The position numbers and the translations under genes were made by a program. Under the pieces are notes generated by a model. The model made no database searches. It was not told where the DNA came from and saw only the letters and a program-made list of their open reading frames with translations. A stretch of 42,045 nucleotides of DNA from a virus. The stretch lies in IMG/VR virus record IMGVR_UViG_3300045988_083426. One strand, given 5' to 3'. Below, in pieces: positions 13,148 to 21,944 of the stretch. How positions within the stretch are numbered: position 1 is the first letter of the stretch; each line of letters opens with the position of its first letter.

Positions 13148-13644
13148 GCGGATGGGATTCACGGCTTGAGAAGGGGCCGGACGGGCAGAAGTGCAGGACG
13201 TGCATCTACCGGGCGGCGAACCGGTACGGGCCGTGGGGCTGCGGCTACGCGGACGTGACGGGGCAGTCGAAGCTCGCAGCGTTCCCGGACGCGGAGCCGG
13301 GGACGCGGGCGGGGCGGCACTGCATCGTCTATCAGCGCGGGAGGGCCGCGAAGAAGCAGGCGCCGATCCTGCCGCAGAAGACGAAGAAGCAGGCGCCGAT
13401 CCTGCCGCAGAAGACGAAGAAGCCGCCCGCAGAACCGAAGCCGAAGCGACAGGAAAACTGGACACCTTGGCGGAGCAAAGCGCAGATCGCAGACGAGCGG
13501 CGGGCGCTATACGACCTCGGGTGGACAGACGGGCAGATCGCGGCACGGCAGGGCATGAGCCGCGAGACGATCAAAAAATGGCGGCAGCGCAACGGGTATC
13601 CGGCAAACGGATGGCCGATGAAGAAAGCAGAAAAGGCCACGTGA
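13144..13644 (+). CDS. Cys-cluster protein with C-terminal HTH (166 aa); candidate late regulator
   Basis: GWTDGQIAARQGMSRETIKKWRQRNG is an HTH-like segment. Last gene before the late operon. Contains an in-frame 11-aa duplication. Confidence 0.55.
   Translation: MSGWDSRLEKGPDGQKCRTCIYRAANRYGPWGCGYADVTGQSKLAAFPDAEPGTRAGRHCIVYQRGRAAKKQAPILPQKTKKQAPILPQKTKKPPAEPKPKRQENWTPWRSKAQIADERRALYDLGWTDGQIAARQGMSRETIKKWRQRNGYPANGWPMKKAEKAT
13351..13416. repeat. Perfect 33-bp tandem duplication (KKQAPILPQKT x2)
   Basis: aagaagcaggcgccgatcctgccgcagaagacg occurs twice back to back, in frame. Confidence 0.95.
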
Positions 13645-13714
13645 TTTTGCAAAGATGGTCCGGCGGGAAGGCCGGGCCATCTTTGGAGCATCACCGGAAG
13701 AAGAGAGACACCCT

Positions 13715-13740
13715 ATATAATACGCGTGCGCGCGTATTTT
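13715..13740 (+). promoter_or_regulatory. Consensus -10 (TATAAT) fused to a 20-bp GC-rich palindrome, at the head of the late operon
   Basis: TATAAT at 13717-13722 with no good -35. AATACGCG-TGCG-CGCGTATT at 13720-13739. Confidence 0.45.
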
Positions 13741-13790
13741 GGTCGGGTCCTTAAAGACCTAAGTATACGGACAGGAGGCAGAAAACGCAG

Positions 13791-14555
13791 ATGGGAGGGA
13801 AATGGATGATCCGCACCTACAAGTCCGGGAGGGTAATCGAGAAGAGCAAGTTCTGGGTGCCGGCACAGGCGAGGCCCAGAGCAGGCCGGGTGAAGAACAA
13901 CACGAGCGCCGCCAAGCGCGACCAGAACGCAAGGCGGGCTGTGCGCACGCTGGCGCGCACGATCAACTGCAACTTCGGGGCGAAGGATCTGTTCGTCACG
14001 GCGACGTTTGACGACGGGACACTGGCGCAAATCGGCGGGGACTACGCGCAGCTCACGCGGCTGCTGGGCAACTTCATGAAGCGGCTCAAGCGGAAGGTGC
14101 GCCGGGAAGGCGCAGAGCTTCAGTGGGTGGCCTGCCCCTCCGCGATGGACGGAGAAACGGGCAAGCCCGTGCGCCTGCACGTACACATGGTGCTCAGCGG
14201 CAATGGAATCCGGTGGGAGGACGGCCAGTGGATGGTCGGGAGCGAGACGCTCGGATCCATCTGGGCGATGGGCAGTCTCTACGCGGAGCCGCTGCGCGGG
14301 CAGGGCGACTATACGCCGGTGGCGGTCTACATGCTGCGCCAGGCGCGCCGCGACGTGCCGGACGCGAAGAAGTACAGCTGCAGCCGGAACATGAAGCAGC
14401 CGGAGATCACCGAGCGCGTGGTACATACGGGCCGGGCACTGCGCCAGCCCGCGCGGGCCTATCTGCTGGAGAGCAGCGCATACGATGCGGAGACGGGCTG
14501 CCACTACATCCGCTATCTGGCGCCGGAGGGAAAGCACGATGCAGACGAAAGATAG
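13791..14555 (+). CDS. HUH-type rolling-circle Rep-like protein (254 aa)
   Basis: Motif 1-like LFVTATFD, HUH-like RLHVHMVLSG, Tyr motif VAVYMLRQ. Alternative start at 13806. Confidence 0.55.
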   Translation: MGGKWMIRTYKSGRVIEKSKFWVPAQARPRAGRVKNNTSAAKRDQNARRAVRTLARTINCNFGAKDLFVTATFDDGTLAQIGGDYAQLTRLLGNFMKRLKRKVRREGAELQWVACPSAMDGETGKPVRLHVHMVLSGNGIRWEDGQWMVGSETLGSIWAMGSLYAEPLRGQGDYTPVAVYMLRQARRDVPDAKKYSCSRNMKQPEITERVVHTGRALRQPARAYLLESSAYDAETGCHYIRYLAPEGKHDADER

Positions 14556-14757
14556 CGCGCGGGCGGTCTGTCCGTGGTACGAGTGGAGCACGGAGAAGCT
14601 GATCGTCTGCGCGGGGACAGAGCCGGGGCAGACGATCCGGATGCAATTCCGGGGGCGAAAGAAAAAAGAACAATGGTTCGAGCGCTGCTGCGCGGGGTAC
14701 GACTACGGGAAATGCGTGGTCTGCCGGGCGCTGACGGCGCACAGCGAAGAGACATAG
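14539..14757 (+). CDS. Small cysteine-rich protein (72 aa)
   Basis: CPWYEW...IVCAG...CCAGYDYGKCVVC; GGAGGGA SD. Confidence 0.6.
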   Translation: MQTKDSARAVCPWYEWSTEKLIVCAGTEPGQTIRMQFRGRKKKEQWFERCCAGYDYGKCVVCRALTAHSEET

Positions 14758-14854
14758 CCGCGCGGGGAGACCTGCGCGGCCTTCCGGCATACGCCAGCGG
14801 GGAGAAATTGCCGCTGCCCGGCGGTTACAATGGGCAGGAAGGGGCGGTGAGCGC

Positions 14855-15265
14855 ATGGCACAGGCCAAGCTGAGCGAAAAGCGAAAAAAGAAGATCATCG
14901 CGGACTACGCGGTGGAGGGTAGCTACCGGGCGGCGGCACGGAAAAACGGCGTGAGCCCGAACACGGTGCGGCGGCTGGTGCTGGCGGATCCGGAGAGTGC
15001 GCGGGCTGCGCAGGACAAAAAAGGCGCGTGCGCGCGCGATATATTGAGCTACATGGACGGGCAGAGGGACACCGTGTGCAGCATCATCGGCACAGGACTG
15101 GAGGTTCTGTCGAGCCCTGAGCGGATGGCGACGGCGAGCCTGCGCGACATCACGACGGCGATCGGCACGCTGATCGACAAGTGGACGATGGCGGCGCAGG
15201 CCGGACGCAGCCGCGAGCCGATCACGATCGAGATGCCCGAGAAGGCGAAGGAGTACGGCGAATGA
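14855..15265 (+). CDS. terS: Terminase small subunit (136 aa)
   Basis: N-terminal HTH (YRAAARKNGVSPNTVRRL). Directly upstream of, and coupled to, terL. Confidence 0.7.
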   Translation: MAQAKLSEKRKKKIIADYAVEGSYRAAARKNGVSPNTVRRLVLADPESARAAQDKKGACARDILSYMDGQRDTVCSIIGTGLEVLSSPERMATASLRDITTAIGTLIDKWTMAAQAGRSREPITIEMPEKAKEYGE

Positions 15266-16659
15266 AGCTGGTCATTGACGGGCCGAACGAGAAGCAGGCG
15301 CTTTTTCTGCTGGACAAGCACAAGTACATCGCATACGGCGGGGCGCGCGGCGGCGGGAAGAGCTGGGCCGTGCGGACGAAGGCAAAGCTCATGGCGCTGC
15401 GGTATCCGGGGATCCGGCTTTTGATCGTGCGGCGGAGCTACCCGGAGCTGATCAACAACCACATCAACACGCTGCGCAAGGAACTGCTGGGCATCGCGAA
15501 GTACAACGACAAGGACAAGGTGCTGCGGTTTATCAACGGGTCGACGATCAACTTCACATACTGCGACCGGGACCAGGATCTCGACCGGCTGCAGGGCGTG
15601 GAGTACGACGTGATTTTTCTGGATGAGGCGACGCAGCTGTCGGAATACCAGATGAAAACGATCGTGGCGTGCGTGCGCGGCGTGAACGACTTTCCGAAGC
15701 GGGTATATTTCACCTGCAACCCCGGCGGGCAGGGACACGGATACATCAAGCGGCTGTTCATCGACCGGCGGTTCGAGAGTGGGGAAAACCCGGCGGATTA
15801 TGCGTTCATTCAGGCGCTCGTGCGCGACAACACGGCGCTGATGCAGACGCAGCCGGAATACATCCGGCAGCTGGAGGCACTGCCGCCGCATCTGCGCGAG
15901 ATGTGGCTGGAGGGGCGCTGGGACGTATTCGCGGGGCAATTCTTCGAGGAGTTCCGGCTGGATCCGGATCCGGCGCTCTGCAAGCTGGCAGGGGTCACGG
16001 CGGAGGAGGCGGCGCAGCAGCACCGCTTCACGCACGTGATCGCGCCGTTCCGCATCCCGCGCGGGTGGAAGATCTACCGCAGCTACGACTTCGGATACAA
16101 CAGGCCGTTCTCGCTGGCGTGGTGGGCCGTGGACTACGACGGGGTACTATACCGGATCAAAGAGCTTTACGGGTGCACGGGCGAGCCGAACGAGGGCGTG
16201 CGCCAGACGCCGGACGAGCAGTTCCGGCGGGCGGTGGAGATTGAGCGGACAGACCCGCTGCTCGCGGGGCGGAAGATTGAGGGCGGCGTGGCCGACCCGG
16301 CCTGCTGGGACACATCGCGCGGCGAGAGCGTACAGGAGACGGCGGGGCGGTACGGCATCTACTTCGAGCCGGGGGACAACGCCCGGATTGCGGGATGGAT
16401 GCAGTGCCACTACCGGCTGCAGTTCGACGCGCAGGGATATGCGCGGTGCTACATCTTCGACACATGCAAGGACTTTATCCGGACGATCCCGCTGCTGATG
16501 TACGCAAAGACAAAGCCGGAGGACGTGGACACGGAGCTGGAGGATCACGCGGCAGATGAGTGGCGGTACATGTGCATGTCGCGGCCGGTGGCGCCGATTC
16601 TGCGCGAGGAGAAGGAGACGCCGTGGGCGGATCCGCTGAACCAATACGAACGAAAGTGA
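15262..16659 (+). CDS. terL: Terminase large subunit (465 aa)
   Basis: Walker A GGARGGGKS, Walker B VIFLDEAT, C-terminal nuclease-like half. Confidence 0.9.
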   Translation: MKLVIDGPNEKQALFLLDKHKYIAYGGARGGGKSWAVRTKAKLMALRYPGIRLLIVRRSYPELINNHINTLRKELLGIAKYNDKDKVLRFINGSTINFTYCDRDQDLDRLQGVEYDVIFLDEATQLSEYQMKTIVACVRGVNDFPKRVYFTCNPGGQGHGYIKRLFIDRRFESGENPADYAFIQALVRDNTALMQTQPEYIRQLEALPPHLREMWLEGRWDVFAGQFFEEFRLDPDPALCKLAGVTAEEAAQQHRFTHVIAPFRIPRGWKIYRSYDFGYNRPFSLAWWAVDYDGVLYRIKELYGCTGEPNEGVRQTPDEQFRRAVEIERTDPLLAGRKIEGGVADPACWDTSRGESVQETAGRYGIYFEPGDNARIAGWMQCHYRLQFDAQGYARCYIFDTCKDFIRTIPLLMYAKTKPEDVDTELEDHAADEWRYMCMSRPVAPILREEKETPWADPLNQYERK

Positions 16660-16668
16660 GGAGCACAC

Positions 16669-18570
16669 ATGGACGAGGTACAGGCCGGGAAGATCGGCCG
16701 GGAGCAGCTGCTGGAGTGGACGAAGACGCTCGAGCAGTACCGCGCGGGCAAGGCCAGCGTGGACGCGCGGGCCATCAGCGCGGAGAGCTGGTGGAAGCTG
16801 CGCAACTCCGGCGAGGAGGACAGACAGGACGGCATCGCGCGCGACGGATTCCGGTCGCGGTCGGGCTGGCTGCACAACGTGGTGACGAACAAGCACGCGG
16901 ACGCGATGGAGGCTTATCCAGAGCCGGTGGTGCTGCCGCGTGAGCCGGGCGACCGGCAGGAGGCGCAGACGCTGTCGGCGATTCTGCCGGTGATTCTGGA
17001 GCAGAACCAGTTTGAAAAGACCTGGTCGGAGGCGATGTGGCAGAAGCTCAAGATCGGGACGGGCTGCTACAAGGTCGTCTGGGACGGAAACAAGCTCGGC
17101 GGGCTCGGCGACATCACGGTGACGCGGGCGAACCTGCTGAACCTCTTCTGGGAGCCGGGCAAGAGCGACATCCAGCAGTCGCGGTATGTGTTCCAGACGG
17201 AGCTGGCCGACCGGGATCTCGTGGAGGAGGCATATCCGCAGTGCAAGGGGAAGCTCAAGGGCGACATCTTCACGGCGAAGAAGTTCCTCTACGACGACAC
17301 TGTCCCGACGGACGGGAAGGTGACGGTCATTGAGGTCTACTACCACGTGGGGAAGATCCTGCATTACTGCAAGTATGTGGGAGACGTGGTGCTCTACGCG
17401 ACGGAGAACGAGACGGACGCGCCGACGCGCACGGTGGTGCAGCCGGGGCCGGACGGCCAGCCGGTGACGCTGGAGGTCCCGGCGGGGCGGCCGATGGCGG
17501 AGACGGGGCTTTACGACCACGGGAAATATCCGTTCGTGCTGGACCCGCTGTTCCCGGTGGAGGGCTCGCCGGCGGGTTACGGATATGTCGACCTGTGCAA
17601 AAACCCGCAGACGGAGATCGACCTGATGCGCACGGCGCTGGTGAAAAACACGATCTCGGGCGCGACGCCGCGCTACTTCGTGCGGCAGGACGGCGCGATC
17701 AACGAGGCGGAGCTGCTGGACGTGAACAAGCCGGTCGTCCACACGACGGGGAACCTCGGGGAGGATTCGATGCGGGTGCTCGACTACACGCCGCTGCCGG
17801 CAAACTACGTGGCGATGCTGCAGGAGACGGTGCAGGAGCTGCGCGAGACGAGCGGCAACACGGAGACGGCATCCGGCTCGACCTCGGCGGGCGTGACGGC
17901 GGCGAGCGCGATCGCGGCGCTGCAGGAGGCGAGCGGCAAGGGCTCACGCGACAGCACGAAGAGCGGCTACCGCGCGTACCGGGAGATCGTGGGGCTTTGC
18001 ATCGAGCTGATCCGGCAGTTTTACGACGCGCCGCGTCAGTTCCGCATCACAGGCGAGAACGGGCAGGAGCAGTTCGTAAGCTACGACAACGCGGGGCTGC
18101 AGCCGCAGGCGCAGGGCGAGATCTCCGGGGTGGACATGGGCTACCGGGTACCGGAGTTCGACATCTCGGTGCAGGCGCAGAAACAGACGGCCTACACGAC
18201 GATGGCGCAGAACGAGCTGGCGCTGCAGTTTTACCAGCTGGGCTTTTTTAACCCCCAGCAGGCAGACCAGACGCTCATGTGCCTGGACATGATGGAGTTT
18301 CGGGGCAAGGAGAACGTCGTGGCGAAGATCCGGCGGATGGGGACGCTCTACGACCAGATGCAGATGCTGCTGCAATACGCGGCGACGCTCGCGCAGAAGG
18401 CGCAGGACGCCGGGGCGCTGGCGCAGCTGCAGGGCATCGCGGCGGGCATGGGCGGCCAGCTGGCGCAGGGACAGCCGGTGGAGATGCCGGGCGGCGACGA
18501 GGAGAGCGGCCACGTACAGAAAGCGCGCAGTCAGGCGCGGGCGGCTTCGCAGCCGGAGGGCGGCGCATGA
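16669..18570 (+). CDS. Portal protein (633 aa)
   Basis: Size and position directly after terL; GAGGAG SD. Confidence 0.75.
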   Translation: MDEVQAGKIGREQLLEWTKTLEQYRAGKASVDARAISAESWWKLRNSGEEDRQDGIARDGFRSRSGWLHNVVTNKHADAMEAYPEPVVLPREPGDRQEAQTLSAILPVILEQNQFEKTWSEAMWQKLKIGTGCYKVVWDGNKLGGLGDITVTRANLLNLFWEPGKSDIQQSRYVFQTELADRDLVEEAYPQCKGKLKGDIFTAKKFLYDDTVPTDGKVTVIEVYYHVGKILHYCKYVGDVVLYATENETDAPTRTVVQPGPDGQPVTLEVPAGRPMAETGLYDHGKYPFVLDPLFPVEGSPAGYGYVDLCKNPQTEIDLMRTALVKNTISGATPRYFVRQDGAINEAELLDVNKPVVHTTGNLGEDSMRVLDYTPLPANYVAMLQETVQELRETSGNTETASGSTSAGVTAASAIAALQEASGKGSRDSTKSGYRAYREIVGLCIELIRQFYDAPRQFRITGENGQEQFVSYDNAGLQPQAQGEISGVDMGYRVPEFDISVQAQKQTAYTTMAQNELALQFYQLGFFNPQQADQTLMCLDMMEFRGKENVVAKIRRMGTLYDQMQMLLQYAATLAQKAQDAGALAQLQGIAAGMGGQLAQGQPVEMPGGDEESGHVQKARSQARAASQPEGGA

Positions 18571-18890
18571 TCCGGGTGGAGTGCAGCCCGCGGGCGCTGA
18601 CGCTGCGGGTGGAGGGGCACGCATACCGCGGGAAACCGGGGGAGGACATCGTATGCGCGGCGGCGTCGATGCTGGCCTATACGGCGGGGTACATGCTCGT
18701 GCAGGCGGAGGAGCGCGGCGAGGCGCGGGACGTGGTGACGGTCTACGACAGCGGCACGGCGCAGATCTCGGCCAGAGCGGCGAACGCGGCGTGCGCGCGG
18801 CGGCTCGAACGGAGCTTCGCGGACATCTGCGCGGGGTTTCGATTGCTGGCAAAGCGGGAGCCGGATGCGGTGCGCGTGAAAATAATTTAG
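18567..18890 (+). CDS. Prp-family (DUF464) cysteine protease (107 aa)
   Basis: VEGHAYRGKPGEDIVCAAASML matches the Prp GHA...G.DIVCAA(V)S catalytic His/Cys signature. Confidence 0.75.
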   Translation: MIRVECSPRALTLRVEGHAYRGKPGEDIVCAAASMLAYTAGYMLVQAEERGEARDVVTVYDSGTAQISARAANAACARRLERSFADICAGFRLLAKREPDAVRVKII

Positions 18891-19102
18891 ATAGCGGGGA
18901 GAAAAACGGGGAGCGGATGGGTTATGCTGGGGTTGCCGGGAGCGGGGGCCCCGGCGGCATCCATTCCTCCTTTTCCTTTCTGGGGCCCGGCGCGCACGCG
19001 CCGGGCATACGCATGCGGCAGCCCAAACGCGGGGGCAGCACCCGCGGCATGCGCTATATGGGCTCGTCCACCAAACGGACAGACAATCATGGAGGGAAAG
19101 AC

Positions 19103-20059
19103 ATGATGGAGAAGCATTGGCTGCAGCTGTTCGCCGAGGGCGAGGGCGGCCAGACGGGCGGAGAAACCGCTCCCGACGCCGGGGAGCAGACTTTGGAGCA
19201 GCTGGGCGTCCCGGCCGAGCTGATTGCCAAACGGGCGAAGCGCACACCGCACAGGGCCGCACCGGCGGCGCCGAAGCAGGAGCCGCCGCGGGCCGCCGCC
19301 GCAGAGCAGCCGGAGAAAGAAAAGCCGGCGGCACAGAAGAGGATGACCTGGGACGAGATCATGGCAGACCCGGAATACAACCGGCAGATGCAGGAGACCG
19401 TCCGGCAGCGGCTCAAGGACAGCCGGGGCGCGGAGGAGCGCCTGCACGCACTGGATCCGGCGATGCAGATTCTCGCGCAGCGGTACGGTCTGCAGGACGC
19501 GGCGGACAGCAAGGCGCTCGCCAAGGCGATTCTGGAGGACAACAGCTTCTATGAGGACAAGGCCGCGCAGATGGGCGTGGAGCCGGACGTGGCCCGGCGG
19601 ATCGACCAGATGGAGCGCTTCGAGCAGCAGCGTGAAGCGGAAGCGCAGCGCAGCGAGCAGGAGAAAGCCATGCGGGAGCACTTCCGCAGTCTCGCCGAGC
19701 AGGAGGCGGAGCTGAAAAAGACGGTGCCGGACTTCGATCTGCAGCGGGAACTGCAGAACCCGACGTTTCTGCGCATGACGGCGCCGGGCTCTGGGCTGCG
19801 CGTGGCGGACGTGTATTTCGCGCTGCACCGGCAGGAGCTGCAGGAGGCGGCGCGCAAGCAGGCCGCGCAGGAGGCGGCACAGAAGATCTCGGCCTCCGTC
19901 CGGGCGGGCTCGAACCGGCCGGTGGAAAACGGGGTATCCTCTCAGGCCCCCTCGACGGGGAGCATCGACTACGCACACATGACAAGAGCGCAGCGGCAGG
20001 CGCTCAAGGACGAGATCCTGCGCGCCGCTGCCAGAGGGGAGAAGATCTATCCGCAGTGA
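19103..20059 (+). CDS. Scaffolding protein (318 aa)
   Basis: Helical, Glu/Gln/Ala-rich, between portal/Prp and the capsid gene. N-terminal MMEKHWLQLFA motif. Confidence 0.7.
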   Translation: MMEKHWLQLFAEGEGGQTGGETAPDAGEQTLEQLGVPAELIAKRAKRTPHRAAPAAPKQEPPRAAAAEQPEKEKPAAQKRMTWDEIMADPEYNRQMQETVRQRLKDSRGAEERLHALDPAMQILAQRYGLQDAADSKALAKAILEDNSFYEDKAAQMGVEPDVARRIDQMERFEQQREAEAQRSEQEKAMREHFRSLAEQEAELKKTVPDFDLQRELQNPTFLRMTAPGSGLRVADVYFALHRQELQEAARKQAAQEAAQKISASVRAGSNRPVENGVSSQAPSTGSIDYAHMTRAQRQALKDEILRAAARGEKIYPQ

Positions 20060-20087
20060 GGGGACTTCTCCCGGAGAGGAGAAGCAT

Positions 20088-21191
20088 ATGAAAACTTTTG
20101 AAACGATGAATCTGCAGCTGTTCGCGGACGCCGGCACGCTGGTGAACGCGACGGGCAACTACGTCAACGCCTATGACGGCACGCCGACCGCATTTTCCGG
20201 CGTGAACACGCTGGCTTCCACGCTCAAGACGTTCTACGACACGGAGCTGCTGGAAAACGCGCGCATCACGATGATCTACTCGCAGTTTGCGAAGAAGCAG
20301 CCGCTGCCCGCGAACCACGGCAAGACCGTCGAATGGCGCAAGTGGAACACGTTCGCGCGGGCGGCAAAGCTGACCGAGGGCGTGATCCCGACGGGACAGA
20401 AGTTCGGCCAGAGCGCCAAGACGGCATCCATCAGCCAGTACGGCACCTACGCCGCGATTTCCGACCAGCTGGAGCTGCATGCGTATGATCCGGTGATTCT
20501 GGGCGCGACGGAGGAGATGGGCGCGTCGATGGCGGAGACGCAGGAGATTCTGATCCGCGACGCGCTGCTGACGGGCACGAACGTGCTCTACTGCGACAAC
20601 ATCAAGGACGACGGCACGGTCGTTTCCACGCCGACGAGCTGCGCGACGATGGCCGCGGGCGGCCAGACGAGCGGAGCGGACAACGGCTGGGCGCTGCTGA
20701 CGCCGGACATGGTCGCCAAGGCCGTGACGAAGATGAAGAAGGACCGCGTGCCGACCATCAACGGCAAGTACGTGGCCGTGATCCATCCGTCCGTTGCCTA
20801 TGACCTGCGCAAGAGCGACGCGTGGATTGAGGCGCACAAGTACGCCTCGCCCGAGGAGATCTACAACGGAGAAATCGGAGAGCTGCACGGCGTGCGCTTT
20901 ATCGAGAACTTCATGGCGCCGGTGCTGGGCGGCACGAGCTACAAGAACAAGGCCGAGGGCGTGACCTACGCGACGTATTTCTTCGGCAAGGACGCCTTCG
21001 GCATCATCGACCCGGCGGGCGGCGGCGCGGAGATGATCATCAAGGACAAGGGCACGGTCGGCGGTCCGCTCGAGCAGTTCAGCACGGTGGGCTATAAGTT
21101 CGAGACGAACGGCGCGACGATCCTGTATCCGGAGCGCGTGCTGCGCGTGATGAGCGTGTCCAGCTACTCGGCGACGGACAGCGCGAACTGA
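20088..21191 (+). CDS. Major capsid protein (367 aa), probably N4-gp56-like family
   Basis: Position and size. TLKTFYDTELLENARITMIYSQFAKKQPLPANHGKTVEWRKW resembles that family (recollection). N-terminal NLQLFA motif. Confidence 0.8.
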   Translation: MKTFETMNLQLFADAGTLVNATGNYVNAYDGTPTAFSGVNTLASTLKTFYDTELLENARITMIYSQFAKKQPLPANHGKTVEWRKWNTFARAAKLTEGVIPTGQKFGQSAKTASISQYGTYAAISDQLELHAYDPVILGATEEMGASMAETQEILIRDALLTGTNVLYCDNIKDDGTVVSTPTSCATMAAGGQTSGADNGWALLTPDMVAKAVTKMKKDRVPTINGKYVAVIHPSVAYDLRKSDAWIEAHKYASPEEIYNGEIGELHGVRFIENFMAPVLGGTSYKNKAEGVTYATYFFGKDAFGIIDPAGGGAEMIIKDKGTVGGPLEQFSTVGYKFETNGATILYPERVLRVMSVSSYSATDSAN

Positions 21192-21229
21192 CAGACGCCC
21201 CCCGGCGGGGCGAGAAACAGGAGGAACAC

Positions 21230-21496
21230 ATGGCAGAAGAGAAGAAAAAGGCCGCAGAGGTTACAGCGCCTGCGGCCGACGGGCGCGAGGATATCTTTAT
21301 CCCGCGCGGGCCGAAGAACGACGACCCGAACCTGTTCGTCTCGGTGAACGGGAAGAACTACCTGCTGCCGCGCGGCCAGAAGTCGCGCGTGCCGCATGAG
21401 GTGGCAGAGGAGATTCACCGCGCGTGGGAGGCGGAGGAGATCCGCACACGCAACGAGGAGAAGCTCGCAAACGGTGAGCCGCTGACGGGCGAATAA
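21230..21496 (+). CDS. Hypothetical head-associated protein (88 aa)
   Basis: AGGAGG SD; follows the capsid gene. Confidence 0.55.
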   Translation: MAEEKKKAAEVTAPAADGREDIFIPRGPKNDDPNLFVSVNGKNYLLPRGQKSRVPHEVAEEIHRAWEAEEIRTRNEEKLANGEPLTGE

Positions 21497-21509
21497 CAAA
21501 CCACAGAGG

Positions 21510-21539
21510 AAGGGGAGAGACGGCGACGTTTCTCCCCTT
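21510..21539 (+). terminator. Stem-loop after the head operon
   Basis: aggggaga / tctcccct stem with a short T-run. Confidence 0.5.
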
Positions 21540-21562
21540 TCGCGCTATGAGGAGGGAAACGC

Positions 21563-21931
21563 ATGAAAGCAAGCGAGATGCTGGATCGGGTAGACACGTT
21601 CAAGCCGAACCAGTATACAGAGCCGCAGAAGCTCGGGTGGCTGCTGCAGCTCGACGGGCAGATCTGGCGGGAGATCATTCGGACGCACGAGGGCGGCGAG
21701 GACATCGCGCAGCCGGACGGCAGCGCGGGCGTCGAGAGGGAGCTGCTGGTGCCGGAGCCGTGGGCGGGGGATCTCTACAACTACTGGCTGCAGGCGATGA
21801 TCGACCGGGAAAACGGGGAGATCGGGAAGTACAACCAGACGAGCCAGCTGTATAACCAGGCGTATCTGACATACGCGGGGTATTACAACCGGACGCACAT
21901 GCCGATCGGCTGCGGGCCGATGAAGATTTGA
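21563..21931 (+). CDS. Virion structural protein (122 aa), possible head-tail connector
   Basis: GAGGAGGG SD; position between the head and tail genes. Confidence 0.5.
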   Translation: MKASEMLDRVDTFKPNQYTEPQKLGWLLQLDGQIWREIIRTHEGGEDIAQPDGSAGVERELLVPEPWAGDLYNYWLQAMIDRENGEIGKYNQTSQLYNQAYLTYAGYYNRTHMPIGCGPMKI

Positions 21932-21944
21932 GGGGGAATGAGAA

